Of a stretch of 64,000 nucleotides of DNA, positions 26,970 to 39,631 are shown one piece after another. This stretch comes from Lama guanicoe (lineage: Eukaryota). The notes under the pieces are model-generated. The model made no database searches and was not told where the DNA came from. It saw nothing but the letters and a program-made list of their open reading frames with translations. Position numbers and translations under genes: made by a program. Location: assembly GCA_013239625.1 (NCBI GenBank), contig MU053379.1:5332714-5396713 (forward strand). Reading direction: 5' to 3'. How positions within the stretch are numbered: the stretch's first letter is position 1; each line of letters starts with the position of its first letter.

Positions 26970-27471
26970 TGTTACAGTTCGGTGTGACAGCAACCTGGAC
27001 CCGGGCGAGAGACCAAGCAGCACTTGGAGAGTTGGAGAACTGAGGTTTATTACACCAGCGGGCCCAGAGGAGTTAACACTCCAAGCTCTGGACCCTGTCT
27101 GTAGGTTTACACAGGCCTTTATAAGCTATCAGTTTTACACTTTGCAACATCATATGCAAATAAAGTAGAACGGAAGTTGACCAACCAGGAACAAGCTTTG
27201 TAGAAATAGACCAATCAGGAGTGAGATCCATGCAAATGAAGTACTACAAATGGACCAATCAGAAGTTAGGGAAGTGGACCAGTCAGAAGTGAGAGAAGTA
27301 ACTAATCAGAAGTGAGCTCAGGGAACCAATAGAATTTTAGGGGTAAGTAAGCCGTTTCAGAGGCCAAAAGCGAGAGAGAGCCTCTGGGCCAGGGAACCGG
27401 ATGGTTCCGTCAGGAGAGTAGTGGCCCTGCTTGGGGGCCCTGCCGGTCTTTTTATAGGGCTTCCCACCTCA
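26970..27471 (-). mobile_element. Solo ERV LTR
   Basis: TG...CA ends, near-TSD aaatg/caatg, minus-strand TATA (about 27118-27124) and AATAAA (about 27046-27051), CCAAT array; homologous to the LTR at 38557. Confidence 0.85.
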
Positions 27472-28109
27472 CAATGAACACTTGGTAATTCTTCTCATGA
27501 TTTCTTCCTTATTGAACTATAATTGACTTATAATATTGTATTCGTTTCAGATGTACAATATAGTGATTTGATAATTTTATAAATTATGAAATGATCACCA
27601 TGAAAATTCTAGTTACTATAAAGCTAAGATCAAAATTAGGTTTCAGGCACATGTAAATTCCCTAAATTGATGGTGATTCTTTATTATATTTTAATTTTAA
27701 AGTGATAGTTAACATTCATAAAATCATATTTCACATGAAGAAAACGGAATTTACACTTATAGATCCATTTAGGAAGAAAAATATTGCTATCTTAATCATT
27801 ATATTTTTACATTAAGATATATTTAAGTGCTTAATGTTGAAATTAGTTAATGTGTAGAATAAAAGGCAAAGAATTGATGTATAGTTATGGATATTCTTGG
27901 AAAACCTGAAAAGTACCTTAAAAACCACACCCATCCCAAGGAAAGCAAGTGTTTCCTTGTGTACTACTTTCTGTGTGTGTGTGTGGTGTTTATGATTTCA
28001 TAGATGTATAACTTATATTTGTATATATTTCTCAAATTCAGTTGTGAATAATTGCAAATTGTTTTTAGCAAATAGAGCATCACACGATAAGGTTGGAATT
28101 ACTTGGAGA

Positions 28110-30365
28110 GGTAATGTTTGATAAAATAAGTTTTATTTTTTGATTGATTTTCTGTATGGATGATCTGTTCATTGATACAAGAGAGCTGTTAAATTCCCAA
28201 AACTTCATTGGATTGCTTTTAGTTTTTCCCTTTAAGTTTGTAATATTTGCTTTATATATGTTGGTGCTCCTCTGTTAGGTGCATGTATATTTATAAATGT
28301 TACACCCTTCTGTTGGGTTGACCCCTTTATCATTATATAATTCCCTTCTTTGTCTTTTATTATAGTCTTTTTTTCAAAGTCTATTTTGTCAGATACAAGT
28401 ACTGCTACTACAGCTTTCTTTTCTTTTCTTTCTTTTCCTTTTTTTGTATGGAATATCTTTTTCCATCCCTTTACTTTCAGTCTGTGTGTCTTTTGTTTGG
28501 AAGCGAATCTCTTCTAAGCAGCATGTACATGAGTCTTCTTTTCTAGCCATTCATGAACTTTATGTCTTTTGATTTGTGAATTTCATCCATTTACGTTAAA
28601 GGAATTACTGATAGTTAAATACGTATTGCCACTTTTTAAATTATTTTCTGGCCTGCTTTGCAGTTCCTCTCTTTTTCTCTTTCTTCTCTGTTGGTGTCGC
28701 AATAGCATGTACACATACACACCGTATGCGGAGAGAGCTGATGGCTACTCTGAAGCTTTATTAAGTTGCACAGTCTTACATAGCAAAGAAGAACGACAAG
28801 GGTTATGGTTAACAGGCAGTGTCTGGCTCAAGGTCAGAAGACCCTTTATGTTTTGGTAAATCATGTTCGTGTTGGCACCAGCGAGCCTTACAGCTTATCA
28901 GGGCGGAACGCATGAGAAACGACTGCTTCACAACATTCTTCTTGGACTCAGGTGGCTGTGCCTGTCTCAGGTTGCCCCGCTCTGGGGATCTTACCTGTCC
29001 TTGGCTAACCAGCCTTCTCACCTCTGAGTCTGCAGCTTTTATAACTTGTTTACCATTCTGGCCCAAGGCTCGTTCCTTGGTTCCCACAGTGGGGGGCCTA
29101 CGTTCTCTTTCTCTATTCCCTTGTGTTTATTGAAAACCCCTCAAGTTTTCTTTCCATTTACCGATCACTTCTGTTTGGTGGCTTGTTGTATTTTCTGCCT
29201 CTTTGTTGGAATCGTCACTGTGCTCGTCCATTCTCGGTAGCATCTTTATGACCATGACTTTGAACCTGTTATCAGCGGGGTTGCTTACCTCTGCTCATGT
29301 AGGTTCCCACCCCCATAGCTTCTTCCGGTTGGAATTTATTCCTCTGTCTCCTCATTTTGCTTAGTTCTCTTTGCTTCTTTCTATGTATTAAGGATATCAG
29401 TGGTCCCTCCCGGTATTCAAAGAGGCACCTTGTTTAGATGGTGTCTTGTGTGGCTCAAAAATGCAATGCAACCTGTTCACTCAGTGAGTGGGCCAGGCAC
29501 TCAGTGGGGGTCCCCTCTGTGGCTGTGTATGTCCCCCTGTTGTGGTGGGACCATGGCTGCTGTGGGGCACTGTTGGGTGGCACTGGCCCCCAGACTGGGT
29601 TTGGGGTCTATCTGCAGCTGCTGTAGTGCTTTGGCGGGCATGGCTACCACTCAGCTTGCCCGAGGCCTCGTCAGGGTGCGGGGGTGGGCAGGGCTCTCAG
29701 CAGAGCATTCCCAGTGCTAGCCGGTTAGAGGGAGAATTCCATTACTGCACCAGCAGTGCTGGTGTTAACAGGGCACCCTGAGCTCAAGTAAATGGCTCCT
29801 GCCTGTGACTGCCCCTCTGGGAGCACCCCAGCTGTTTCCAGCCTCCCTGGCAGACACTTCAGTGTTGGTGACTGGGTTCCCTTCACATATGGCCCCTGTG
29901 CTTTTTATTCTGGTGTGTTTGTGCTGGCTTTCAGGTCGACGGGGCTGCACACAGGCCCTTTAAGAGTGTTTTTTTCATTCCTTAACAGTTCTGTGGTTTT
30001 CCAGGATGTATTCATCTCTGGTTTTCAGATCCAGGTGTTTGGGGTCCACCTCGCCTGTGAAGGACCTGTAAGTTGGAGTGCCTGATGTGGAGCTGAAACA
30101 CACCTTGCTCTTCAGATAAGAAAGTCCACAGTTTTGTGGCCCCTTTCCATTGTGGGTCACCGTGGCCGGGGTGCGGGTGCTTCCTTGGCTAACCCGTGTC
30201 TCTGCCTCTCTCACCTCTCAGTGTTTGCTCTTGTGTTCTTCGTTGTGGAAGATGTTCACCCAGGTTTCAATTCTCTTTCTGAGGGAATTATTCCATATGG
30301 AGTTGTAGACTTGTTGTTTCTGTGGAAAGACATAAGTTAAGAATCTTCTTACACCACCATTTTGA
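28110..30365 (-). mobile_element. Antisense L1 fragments (ORF2 5' part and 5' UTR) split by an LTR
   Basis: gatgatctgttcattgat and gacccctttatcattatataa are L1 motifs; ends at caccattttga. Confidence 0.7.
28689..29102 (-). mobile_element. Solo ERV LTR with 5-bp TSD
   Basis: Begins TG and ends CG (probably a mutated CA); TSD ttctc at 28684-28688 and 29103-29107; minus-strand AATAAA at about 28757. Confidence 0.75.
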
Positions 30366-31159
30366 ACACTCCCTTCTGGCTTAAAAAAAAAGTCCTTAAA
30401 AGCACATTTACATAAGCATTTCTTAGCAGAAAATTAAAATCTGATTATACAACATGGTTTTGGGGAAAATTACATCATTGTTATTTTTTAATCTCTCTAG
30501 AATTTTAATATTTGTACTTCTGAGAAAATTACTACATCGAAGTTTATGCTTTCATAATAATATAGCAAATCCCTGCTTCTTAAAACTGCCAAATTAGAAT
30601 TTTGATAAATAAAAAATATGGATTATGTAAAATACTTTCCATTTAACTGTGCTACTCACAAAACTTTGTTTTTATGAGCAGAAAAGGAATTAATTAAGGG
30701 TCTCAGTTTGTTCCTGGGTTGCTATTTTAACAAAATGGAGAGCTTAATGTCTGACTTATTTAATATTAAATCGATAATTAAGCAGTGCTTGGGAAATATT
30801 GTGTTCTGCATGTTCACTTGTATTTCTGTCTCTGAAGTAAATGAAATACCAGCAAATATGCATTTAGAGAATGTGATGTGACAATATTTATAGACCAAAT
30901 TCAACAGTGAAATCAGCTGTGTCTGTTTATTGACTTCGTGAAGGGAATAACACTAATGAAATGTTTCTACATAAAACAACAGCATTGATGGTTTAAAATG
31001 ATTGATAATTGATTTTGTTTTTTCTGAGGGGGGATGCAAACACAAAAAGATAAGGGTTACTTTTTATTTTGAGTATTGTTTATACCAAGGCTGGGATAGC
31101 AATGAAGAAAAAAAAGCCAATGGGTTTTAAGATTCTCTTTAAGGTATTTCCCCTGTTGC

Positions 31160-32555
31160 TTTCTTTCTTTTTTAATTTTTAAAATTCAATTTATTTAAAC
31201 TAAAAAGAAAAACAAAAACAGTACACCCACTTCTCCCATGTCCAGCCCTGCCACTGGCAGCCACTAACCTCTTTTCTGTAAGCTGGTTTTTACACATATA
31301 TATACTTATACATATAAACGTCTGTTTACATATGTCTGTTTACATATATAAGCATGTTTATACATGCTTATTATATATAATGTATGTGCTTATATGTGCA
31401 TGTGTATTTACGTGCATGTATGTTCCTTTTTTCGCGACAGCCATTCTAAGAGGTGTGAGGTGATGTCTCACTGTGCTTGTGATCTGCGTTACCCGCATGA
31501 CTAACGATACGGAGTGCCTCTCCATACATCTGTTGATCATCTGTAAGTATTCTTTGGCAAATTGTCTATTCAGATCTTCTGTTCATTTAAAAAAAAATCA
31601 CTGTTTCTGTGGTTGAGTTGCATGAGTTCTTTATAGTTTTGAGATAGTAACCCCTTATCAGGTACACAATTTACAAATGTTTCTCATTTGGAAGGTGCCT
31701 TTGTTCTTTGCTGTTGATTTCCTTTGTCGTCCTGAAAGTTTTAGTTTGATATAACACTGCTGTTTTATTTTTGCTTTAGTTACTTTTGCTTTTAGTGCCA
31801 GATTCAAAAAACTCATTGCCAAGACCTGTGTCAAAGAGGAGTTTATTGCCTATGTTTTTTTCTAGAGGTTTTATGGTTCCAGGTCTCACGATTAAGTCTT
31901 TTCTCCATTTTCAGTTACTGTTTGCATACAGTGGGAGATGGTCGATCCCATTTCTCTCTTTTGCATGTGACTATCCAATCTTCCCAACACAGTTTACTGA
32001 AGAAACAGTGCTTTCCTAATTCCATATTCTTGGCTCCTTTGTTATCAGTTAACTGACAGTATATTCACTGGTTTATTTCTGGGCTCTTTATTCTATTCCA
32101 CTGACCTGTATGTCTGTTTTTGCACCAGCATCACGTTGTCTTGGTCACTACAGCTTTGCAGTGTAGCTTGAAATCAGGGCGTGTGATGCCTCCAGAGCTG
32201 ATCCTCTTCCTCCAGATTGCTTCAGACATTTGGGGTCTTTGTGATTATGTACACGTTTTAGGATTGTTTATTCTATTTCTGTGAAAAACGCAGTTGACAT
32301 ATCGATGCAGATTTTCTTGAACCTGTAGATTTCTTCGGGCTACATGGACATTTGACAGTATGACCTCTTCTAACCCGTGGGTGTGGAGTATCTTTCCACT
32401 TATTTGGATCTTCCGTTTTCATTAATGTCTCGCAGTTTCCAGTGTGCAGGTCTCTCAGGTCCTTGGCTAAATATATTCCTAGGTTTGTATTCTTTTTGAT
32501 GCACTTATAATTCAGATTTTCTTAATTTCCTCTCTGCCAGCTCATTGTTAGTATA
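31160..32555 (-). mobile_element. L1 3'/ORF2 fragment, antisense
   Basis: ggtgtgaggtgatgtctcactgtg and agcttgaaatcagggcgtgtgatgcctccag. Confidence 0.8.
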
Positions 32556-33042
32556 CAGAAATAAATGTAAAAGTTGGGAGTTATGTTTTATTTGGCAGAC
32601 TCTAAGGACTCAAGTCCAGGAGACAGGCTCTCAGATGGCTCTAAGAGACTGTTCCACCCACGTAAGGGAGGAGCCAGCACACGCAGGACTTTTTGTGGCA
32701 AAGACCAGGCAGTAGGAGCATCAGAAGATGACTGTTAATGACAGAAAACCATGTACCTCACGTCAAGCATTCAGCGACTTCCTGTGCACGGGAAGATGCG
32801 AAAGTCTGGGCTCACTGAAATCATTCCTTTGATATTCGCCTTGCTGTCTAGGGCCAGCGCCCTGTTCTTTGCCATCCTGAGTTCCCTTGCCGGGGGCACT
32901 ACTGGGCGTGGCTGCAGTGGCCAGGCTGCCTGCTGGTTTCCATCCTGAGTTCCCTTCACCCACTGTCGGGTGGTAGTGGCTGATGGTTTGATGGCCACAG
33001 CGTCCTATGTTTACTGACACGGCTGCAATATTTTTCATTCAC
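32556..33042. mobile_element. ERV1-like solo LTR
   Basis: aaaagttgggagttatgttttattt...gctctcagatggctctaagagactgttcc...tttttcattcaca resembles artiodactyl MER41-like LTRs. Confidence 0.6.
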
Positions 33043-33604
33043 ACCTGGACTGACTACAATCTGTGCACCATTCTGTCTCTCCCTAGTCCTGCTTCACATG
33101 CTCTTTCTGCCCCATAAAGATCACCCGTTTACTCATCTTGCAAGTTCCTCTTGAAATCACTTTGAGTGCTATCTTCGCATGGAGCTCCACGTCGGTGCCA
33201 CGCCCCTGCTCCCCAACGTCCTCCCATTCCTGCCTCACCAGGCACCAGCACGGAGAAGCCAGCGCTGGCTTCCCCTCCCTGCCCCCAGCCCCGGTAGCAG
33301 GGAGGGGGCGGCTGCGGAGCTGGACGCCTTGGCTCCTTGAGAAGCCAGTCCTCGCTAACCTCTGCTGGCCCCTCTGGGCTGCCGCACAACCCACGTCTTC
33401 ATCCCTCGCGGGCCTTCCGGCAGATTCCCCCAGTGGCTGTTGCCAAACCTTCTCTTCTCCCCAGGTCCACAAACCCACCCCACTTCCTGAACGCGTAGGG
33501 GATGAATGTGCGTCATAATTTATTGAGCATTTCATCTGATAGTGACGTTCTTACCTTCTCTCCCCTTTGCCTCGGAAGGCCTCAGGGAGGAGGAGGGGTG
33601 TGTG

Positions 33605-33712
33605 CGCTTAGGTTTATTTATTTGTTTATTTTCACGGAGGGACTGGGGATTGAACCCAGGACCTCGTGCATGCTAAGCACACACTCTACCACTGAGCTGT
33701 GCCGTCTCCCCG
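33605..33712 (-). mobile_element. tRNA-derived SINE
   Basis: ctggggattgaacccaggacctcgtgcatgctaagcacacactctaccactgagct. Confidence 0.85.
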
Positions 33713-33844
33713 CCCTGCTCCTTCACCGTGGGTCTTTACTGAGAAATATCCTTTCTCAAGACAGACTCTTCCCCCTGGACTCTGGATCCCTCGCCTTCCT
33801 GCTGCCATCTTGACTTTTTTCCGTTTTTCTGCCTTTCAACTTCT

Positions 33845-35295
33845 TTTTATTTCTTTAGCTTTATTGAGGTATAATTGATATACCAAAGTGTGCCTGTGCT
33901 TAATTTATACGTCTTGATGCATCTGCAGATATGCATACACCTGTGATCACCATCCCAACAACCAGGGCTCCAAGGCCCTAAAAATACACATCACTTCCAC
34001 AGAAATTCCCTCGTGTTCTTTCCTTCAGTAAGAACACAACAGGAGATCTAGCCTCTCAGTACATTTCAAACAGCGCGAGATGGTACTGTTAACTGCAGAA
34101 ACTGTGTGTTAAGCGGCAGAGTAAAATCTCTAGAACGTATTAACCTTGCAGAACAGATTCTTCACACACTGAAAATTGACTCCTCCTTCCCCCAGCTCCC
34201 GGCCCCTCGCAGCGATCATTCTGTTCTCTGCTTCTGTGAGGTTGGCTGTTTTGGGCAGCTCACGTCAGTGGGGGCCACGCAGTTACTTGTCTTTCTGTGA
34301 CTGGCTTGCTTCACCTGGTATAGTGTCCCCTAGGTTCACCCATGTTGTCACAAACGGCAGGATTTCCCTTTTTTAAGACTCAGTAATGTATACATATGTA
34401 ATTAATCTGCTGATAGACATTTGGTTTGTTTCCACGTCATGACTACTGTGAATGATGCTAAAATGATCATGGGGATGTAGGAATCTCTTAGAGATCCTGA
34501 TTTCAGTTTTTTTGGATACACACCCAGACCTGGGACTCCCAGATCATAGTAGTTCTATGTTTAGTTTTTTGAGGAGCCTCCATGCCATTCTCCATAGTGG
34601 CTGTACCAGTTTACATTCCCACCAACAATGTATGTGCTCCAGTTTCCCCTCCTTCTCACTGACGCTTAGTTACCCTTTGCTTCTGAGCAGAGCCATCCTA
34701 ACAGGCGCCATCCTAGACATCCGGCTGTGGTCTTGATCGTCATTTCCCTGACGATTAGGGACGCGGCGCACCTTCCCACGTACCTGGAGGCCACCTGCGT
34801 GTCCTCCTTGGAGACTCGTCTGCTCAGCCCTGTGCCTACTTTCTAGCGCGGTGACTTGCGCTTTTGCCGTTGAGCTGGAGGAGGTTCCTGTGTATTTTGC
34901 ATATTATCCCCTTACTGTAAAGATGGCTTGCAAATAGTTTTTCCTATTCCATCGGATGCCTTTTCACTCTGTTGATTGTTTGCAGTTTCCTTTCCTTTTT
35001 AGTTTGACTTAGTCCCACCTGTCTGTTTTTGGTTTTGTTCCCTGCAGTTTTGGTATCAAGTCCTAGAAGTCCTTGCCAAGACCAATGTCAAGACGTTTCT
35101 TCCTTCCACCACATTTGCTGTGAGAATTTTTGTAGTTTTAGGTCTTACATCTAAGTCTCTAGTCTATTTTGAGCTGACTTTTGTTTGTGATGTAAATTAG
35201 GGGTCCACTTTCCTTCTTTTGCATGTGGTCATCCAGTTTTCCCCAAACCATTTGCTGAAGAGACTGTCCCTTCCCTACATGTGTTCTGTCTTGTG
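33845..35295 (-). mobile_element. L1MA-type 3' fragment, antisense
   Basis: tagctttattgaggtataattga, ggctgtaccagtttacattcccaccaac and ccatttgctgaagagactgtcc. Confidence 0.85.
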
Positions 35296-35865
35296 ACTTC
35301 TCTTCCTCCTCAAAACTCATGAAAATTGAGTTTATCCACTTAAAATAAACCATGTCCTCAGGCTTGCTGCCTTTCAGATTCCTGCCCACCTCCTTTCCTG
35401 CTTCTCTTCATGATTGTACAGTTAAATATTGAACCCTGCAGTCACCAGTTCTCACCTTGTCCTCCGTGCGCCCTTGGCCTGAAGCATCGTGTCCCCGCCC
35501 TCCACGCGCACTGAAGACCAGGGGCAGCGGCCTGTCTTTGCCTTCTTTCTCCACAATGTGTGGCTCTTGTGACACCCCAAGTCTCAGTTTCTCTGATGTG
35601 ACAAGTGCTGTCTTCCCTCCCACCTCACATCCATCCCCACTCTCCTTCCTGCAAATCTCTAAGATTCTGCCCTCCACTCTCCTCTCTTGCTCCAGTTCAC
35701 CTGTGATTCTCAGTGGGGAGGTCTGGCCCTTTGAAACCTATCATCCAAACTGGGACACTGTAGGCAATGAAAGAAGTGTCATTAGCAATTATGTAGGGCA
35801 ACAGGTGCCAAGCAGGACTGGCCTGGTCAGCTGGCCATAGGGGCTGTTGGAAGGGTGCCTAGGAT

Positions 35866-36366
35866 TTGTTTCAATCAAATATGATGAGACGCACAGACAT
35901 GGAAATGATTGTCATGAAGAGGAAGTTGCTATTTCCACAGATCCATAGAAACAGGGGGCACTGCCCGCTATGGAGGGCCACAAGGGGAAGCGCCAGGGTC
36001 AACAGGAAGCAGAGGAAGAGGGGGAAACGTGGGCCAAAGCCTTTGCTGTGGTCTCCAGGGGACTGAGTAGGCCAGGTAGGGTGAGCTTGCTTAAGATTGG
36101 CTAGTTTGAGCAATTTTAGTAGCACAGGGTATGTTTCTGGTACGTGGGCCTGGGTGATTAGGTCAGGCGGACAGTGGCCCAAAGTGTGAGAGCCAATAAG
36201 GAGGTGGTTGGGGTGTGGGTTCTGGATTGGTTGGTTTGCAATTGAAAAGCACACTCTCAGATGAGGTGATTACCACCTACAGGAACCGGCTCATCCTGGA
36301 AGGGGAGGCAAGGTCCCGAGGTGTCAAAGCATCAGAACACAGAAGATAAAGGACATGATCAATACA
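35866..36366 (-). mobile_element. ERVL LTR, MER74-like
   Basis: Minus strand reads tgtattgatcatg...tgatgctttgacacc...gcaaaccaaccaatccagaacccacacccc...ctaatcaccc, resembling the MER74 consensus as I recall it. Confidence 0.7.
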
Positions 36367-36599
36367 GGGGTCGCTGAGAGTCACTGGAGGGCGGACACCA
36401 CACTCCCACCCTCCTCTTACCTTCCCACGTGAGAGCGATCGCTTCAGGGAGCCAGAGCCACTGGTGCGTGTGCTGATTTATTCAGGGGTGCGAGAAAAGG
36501 GAACGTGAGAACCTATTTGCACATCACCACACGACCCCCACGGATCATGCGGACTTGATGAACCTAATACTTTGATTCCAAATCTATGTTCTTTTCTGG

Positions 36600-36722
36600 G
36601 GGTGTGGGGGTGGTAATTAGATTTGTTTGTTTGTTTGTTTAGGCAGAGATGCTGGGGATTGGACCCTGGGCCTCATGGGTGCTAAGCATGTGCCTGACCA
36701 CTGGTCTGTACCCTTCCCCCCT
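36600..36722 (-). mobile_element. tRNA-derived SINE (diverged)
   Basis: gtaattagatttgttt...ctggggattggaccctgggcctcatgggtgctaagcatgtgc. Confidence 0.8.
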
Positions 36723-37012
36723 CGAATCTGTATTTTAATCTCAGGCTCCCTTTTACTCCTGAACTCTCTGTTACCTCATTTACTCCCATCCTTTCCTTCC
36801 CCTGGAGCCCTTTCTCCCCTAGTCCCACCTATCAAAGACCAGGGTTTGCTCAAGGCCCCCTGTTATGTGCTGTTTCCTGAAGACATCTTAGTCACCCTCT
36901 CCCAGGCTGGGTCCTCCCCTCTCCCCCACCCCCGGCACTTCCTCAGCTGCCTTCACCTTTTGCGTGTCTCCCCGTCTGTCTTCCCATCTGGTCCAGCTGT
37001 GGGAGCAGGGGT

Positions 37013-38036
37013 GGGGGCAGCCTCTCTGCTGAACATGGATGCTCTCAGATTGGATTCTGTTGAATTCCTCCAGAGTCACATATGTGTGTTAATGTGCCAA
37101 TGTCTTACTTCCTGGCAACGTATTTAAATGCAAATAGAAGCCTCCGGGAAACATGATATTTCAGCCAGTGTTTCCCATAATATATTATGGAGATGCAAGC
37201 TTCCTGAGGTGCCAATGGGCATTCGGCAGAACAAGCAGGTTTGCCTCTGGGTTGAAGACTTCAGTTGTGCTGAGTGACAGCTCTGCTCCCAGCTTTAGCT
37301 ACCAAGGATCCTCTGATAAAGACCGCCCTCCTGAGGGGAAGAAAAGGGAGTTTGGAGGTTGGGATTTTTTTGTTTAAGTTTTTTGTTTTTGCAATTTACT
37401 TGGTCTTTTTTTTCTCAGATTCGTGGGACTGATGGTTTAGTCTGAGAGAAATGTCCTCTGGAGGCTGGGGGCACTGTGCCTCGGCAGGTGGCTCCTCCTG
37501 TACCCCGAGAGTCACATCAGCTCAGGGGGCAGCCTCTCTGCTGAACATGGATGCTCTCAGATTGGATTCTGTTGAATTCCTCCAGAGTCACATATGTGTG
37601 TTAATGTGCCAATGTCTTACTTCCTGGCAACGTATTTAAATGCAAATAGAAGCCTCCGGGAAACATGATATTTCAGCCAGTGTTTCCCATAATATATTAT
37701 GGAGATGCAAGCTTCCTGAGGTGCCAATGGGCATTCGGCAGAACAAGCAGGTTTGCCTCTGGGTTAAAGACTTCAGTTGTGCTGAGTGACAGCCCTGCTC
37801 CCAGCTTTAGCTACCAAGGATCCTCTGATAAAGACCGCCCTCCCGAGGGGAAGAAAAGGGAGTTTGGAGGTTGGGATTTTTTTGTTTAAGTTTTTTGTTT
37901 TTGCAATTTACTTGGTCTTTTTTTTCTCAGATTCGTGGGACTGATGGTTTAGTCTGAGAGAAATGTCCTCGGGAGGCTGGGGGCACTGTGCCTCGGCAGG
38001 TGGCTCCTCCTGTACCCCGAGAGTCACATCAGCTCA
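37013..38036 (+). repeat. Tandem duplication, 2 x 512 bp
   Basis: 37013-37524 vs 37525-38036; near-identical ORF-track peptides offset by 512; four substitutions seen by eye. Confidence 0.95.
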
Positions 38037-38556
38037 CGTCAGCTGGACCGGCACCTATCTCACTGGCATGCAGTCATCCCCAGCCTCTAATGAAGGTGAC
38101 CTTTGTCCAGAGAAGCTAATGTGTCCCATCTGCACCTTCCTTTCAGTACCCACCCTCCAGGGACATAAGCTAAGCCAGCCCTTCCCCCGCACCCTTGGCT
38201 CCAGTCAAGCTAATCAGCTTACAATTTCCTGAACCCAATGTCATGTTTCTCACCGCTGTGCCTTTTCTCACACTGCTTGATCAACAGAAAAATCACACAT
38301 ATATGAAGATAATAACCCTAATAGACGTGAAACCTAATGTAGATGACCACACACATACATCTTTACGCGCAACCACGTATAAATGGGGTCTGAGCTGCAC
38401 ATACACGTGGAGATGTGTAGGAGGGAAGGAGAAGCACTGTGGACCCACTTCGCAAAACCTCACATGTCCTACCTTCCACATCTACCATGTTTTTCCTGTC
38501 AGCAAGCTCTCCCACCCTCCAAAATGACTAACCTCTAACCTCTCTTCTCCTAAAAC

Positions 38557-38923
38557 TGAGGCGGGAAGCCCCATAAAAAGACCGGCAGGACCCCTAGGCA
38601 GGGCCCCAGCACCGAGCGGTTCCCTGGCCCAGAGCCTCCATCTCACTTTTTGCCTCTAAAGCGGCTAACTTACACCTAGAATTCTATTGGTTCCCTGAGC
38701 TCACTTCTGATTAGTTATTACTCTCACTCCTGATTGGTTATTACTCTCACTTCTAAAGGCCTGTGTAAACCTACAGAGGGGATACAGAGCTTGACGTGTT
38801 AACTCTTCTGGGCCTGCTGGTGTAATAAACCTGAGTTCTCCAACTCTCTGAGTGCTGCTTGGTCTCTGGCAGGTTGCTGTCACAGCTGAGCTGTAACACT
38901 GAGCTGTAACCCTGAGCTGTAAC
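38557..38923 (+). mobile_element. Solo ERV LTR, internally deleted relative of the 26970 LTR
   Basis: tgaggcgggaagcc...taataaacctgagttctccaactc...ctgagctgtaac x3; reverse-complement match to 26970-27471. Confidence 0.85.
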
Positions 38924-39631
38924 AGATTTTTCCGCGACAAAACCTCCCATTGCCCACACTCCCCCCCACTCCAAGCAGATAACCCTGCCCTGCTTTCCTT
39001 GTCGGGCATCGGTTCCCATCAGAGCCCCTGAGCCTGTCCCCACCTGCCCTCAGGCCTTGCCCTCCACCCTCACTTGCCCGGCCGCACTGGCTTTCTCTCA
39101 GATCCCAGGACACAGCCTGCTCTTCTGCTGGGCTTCCCAGCTGCGTCTTCAGCAGAGGAACCCCCAGTCACCCTGCAGACCTCAGCTCAGCTGTCACTGC
39201 TCCCGGGCCCATGGCCCTGAACCCGGAGAACAGGTCGCATTCCTCTGCCATGGGTTCTCAGGCACCTGCTTCCTTTCTTACCTCTCACCTCCTCACAGTC
39301 ATCGTGAGATTTTTTTAAAGTATAGACATTTTAATCTCCTGGAGAGTCTGAAGGCCCCACATGCATAGGCACCACAGCTACTTCTGCTTCTCAGGCTGCC
39401 CCCACCACGGAGGAAATGCTCAATACTATTGCATGAAAGAAAAAAAGGCAAGAGAGAATAAGTGAATGAGGAAAGTCGAGTCTTCAATACCCATATTGGG
39501 GGATCTTGCTCTGATAAGACATGAAAGTCGTGGCTTGGCAAAGACTCCCCCCTTGACCAAACTTATTCTGGTGCCTCTGAGCCCTCTTCTTGACTCGGCC
39601 GTGTCCCTGGCCGGCTGAAGTCAGGGTCACG

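Noticed and set aside
27178..27335. Spaced short repeats resembling a CRISPR array
   Set aside because: Degenerate CCAAT enhancer repeats within a mammalian LTR; no cas genes.
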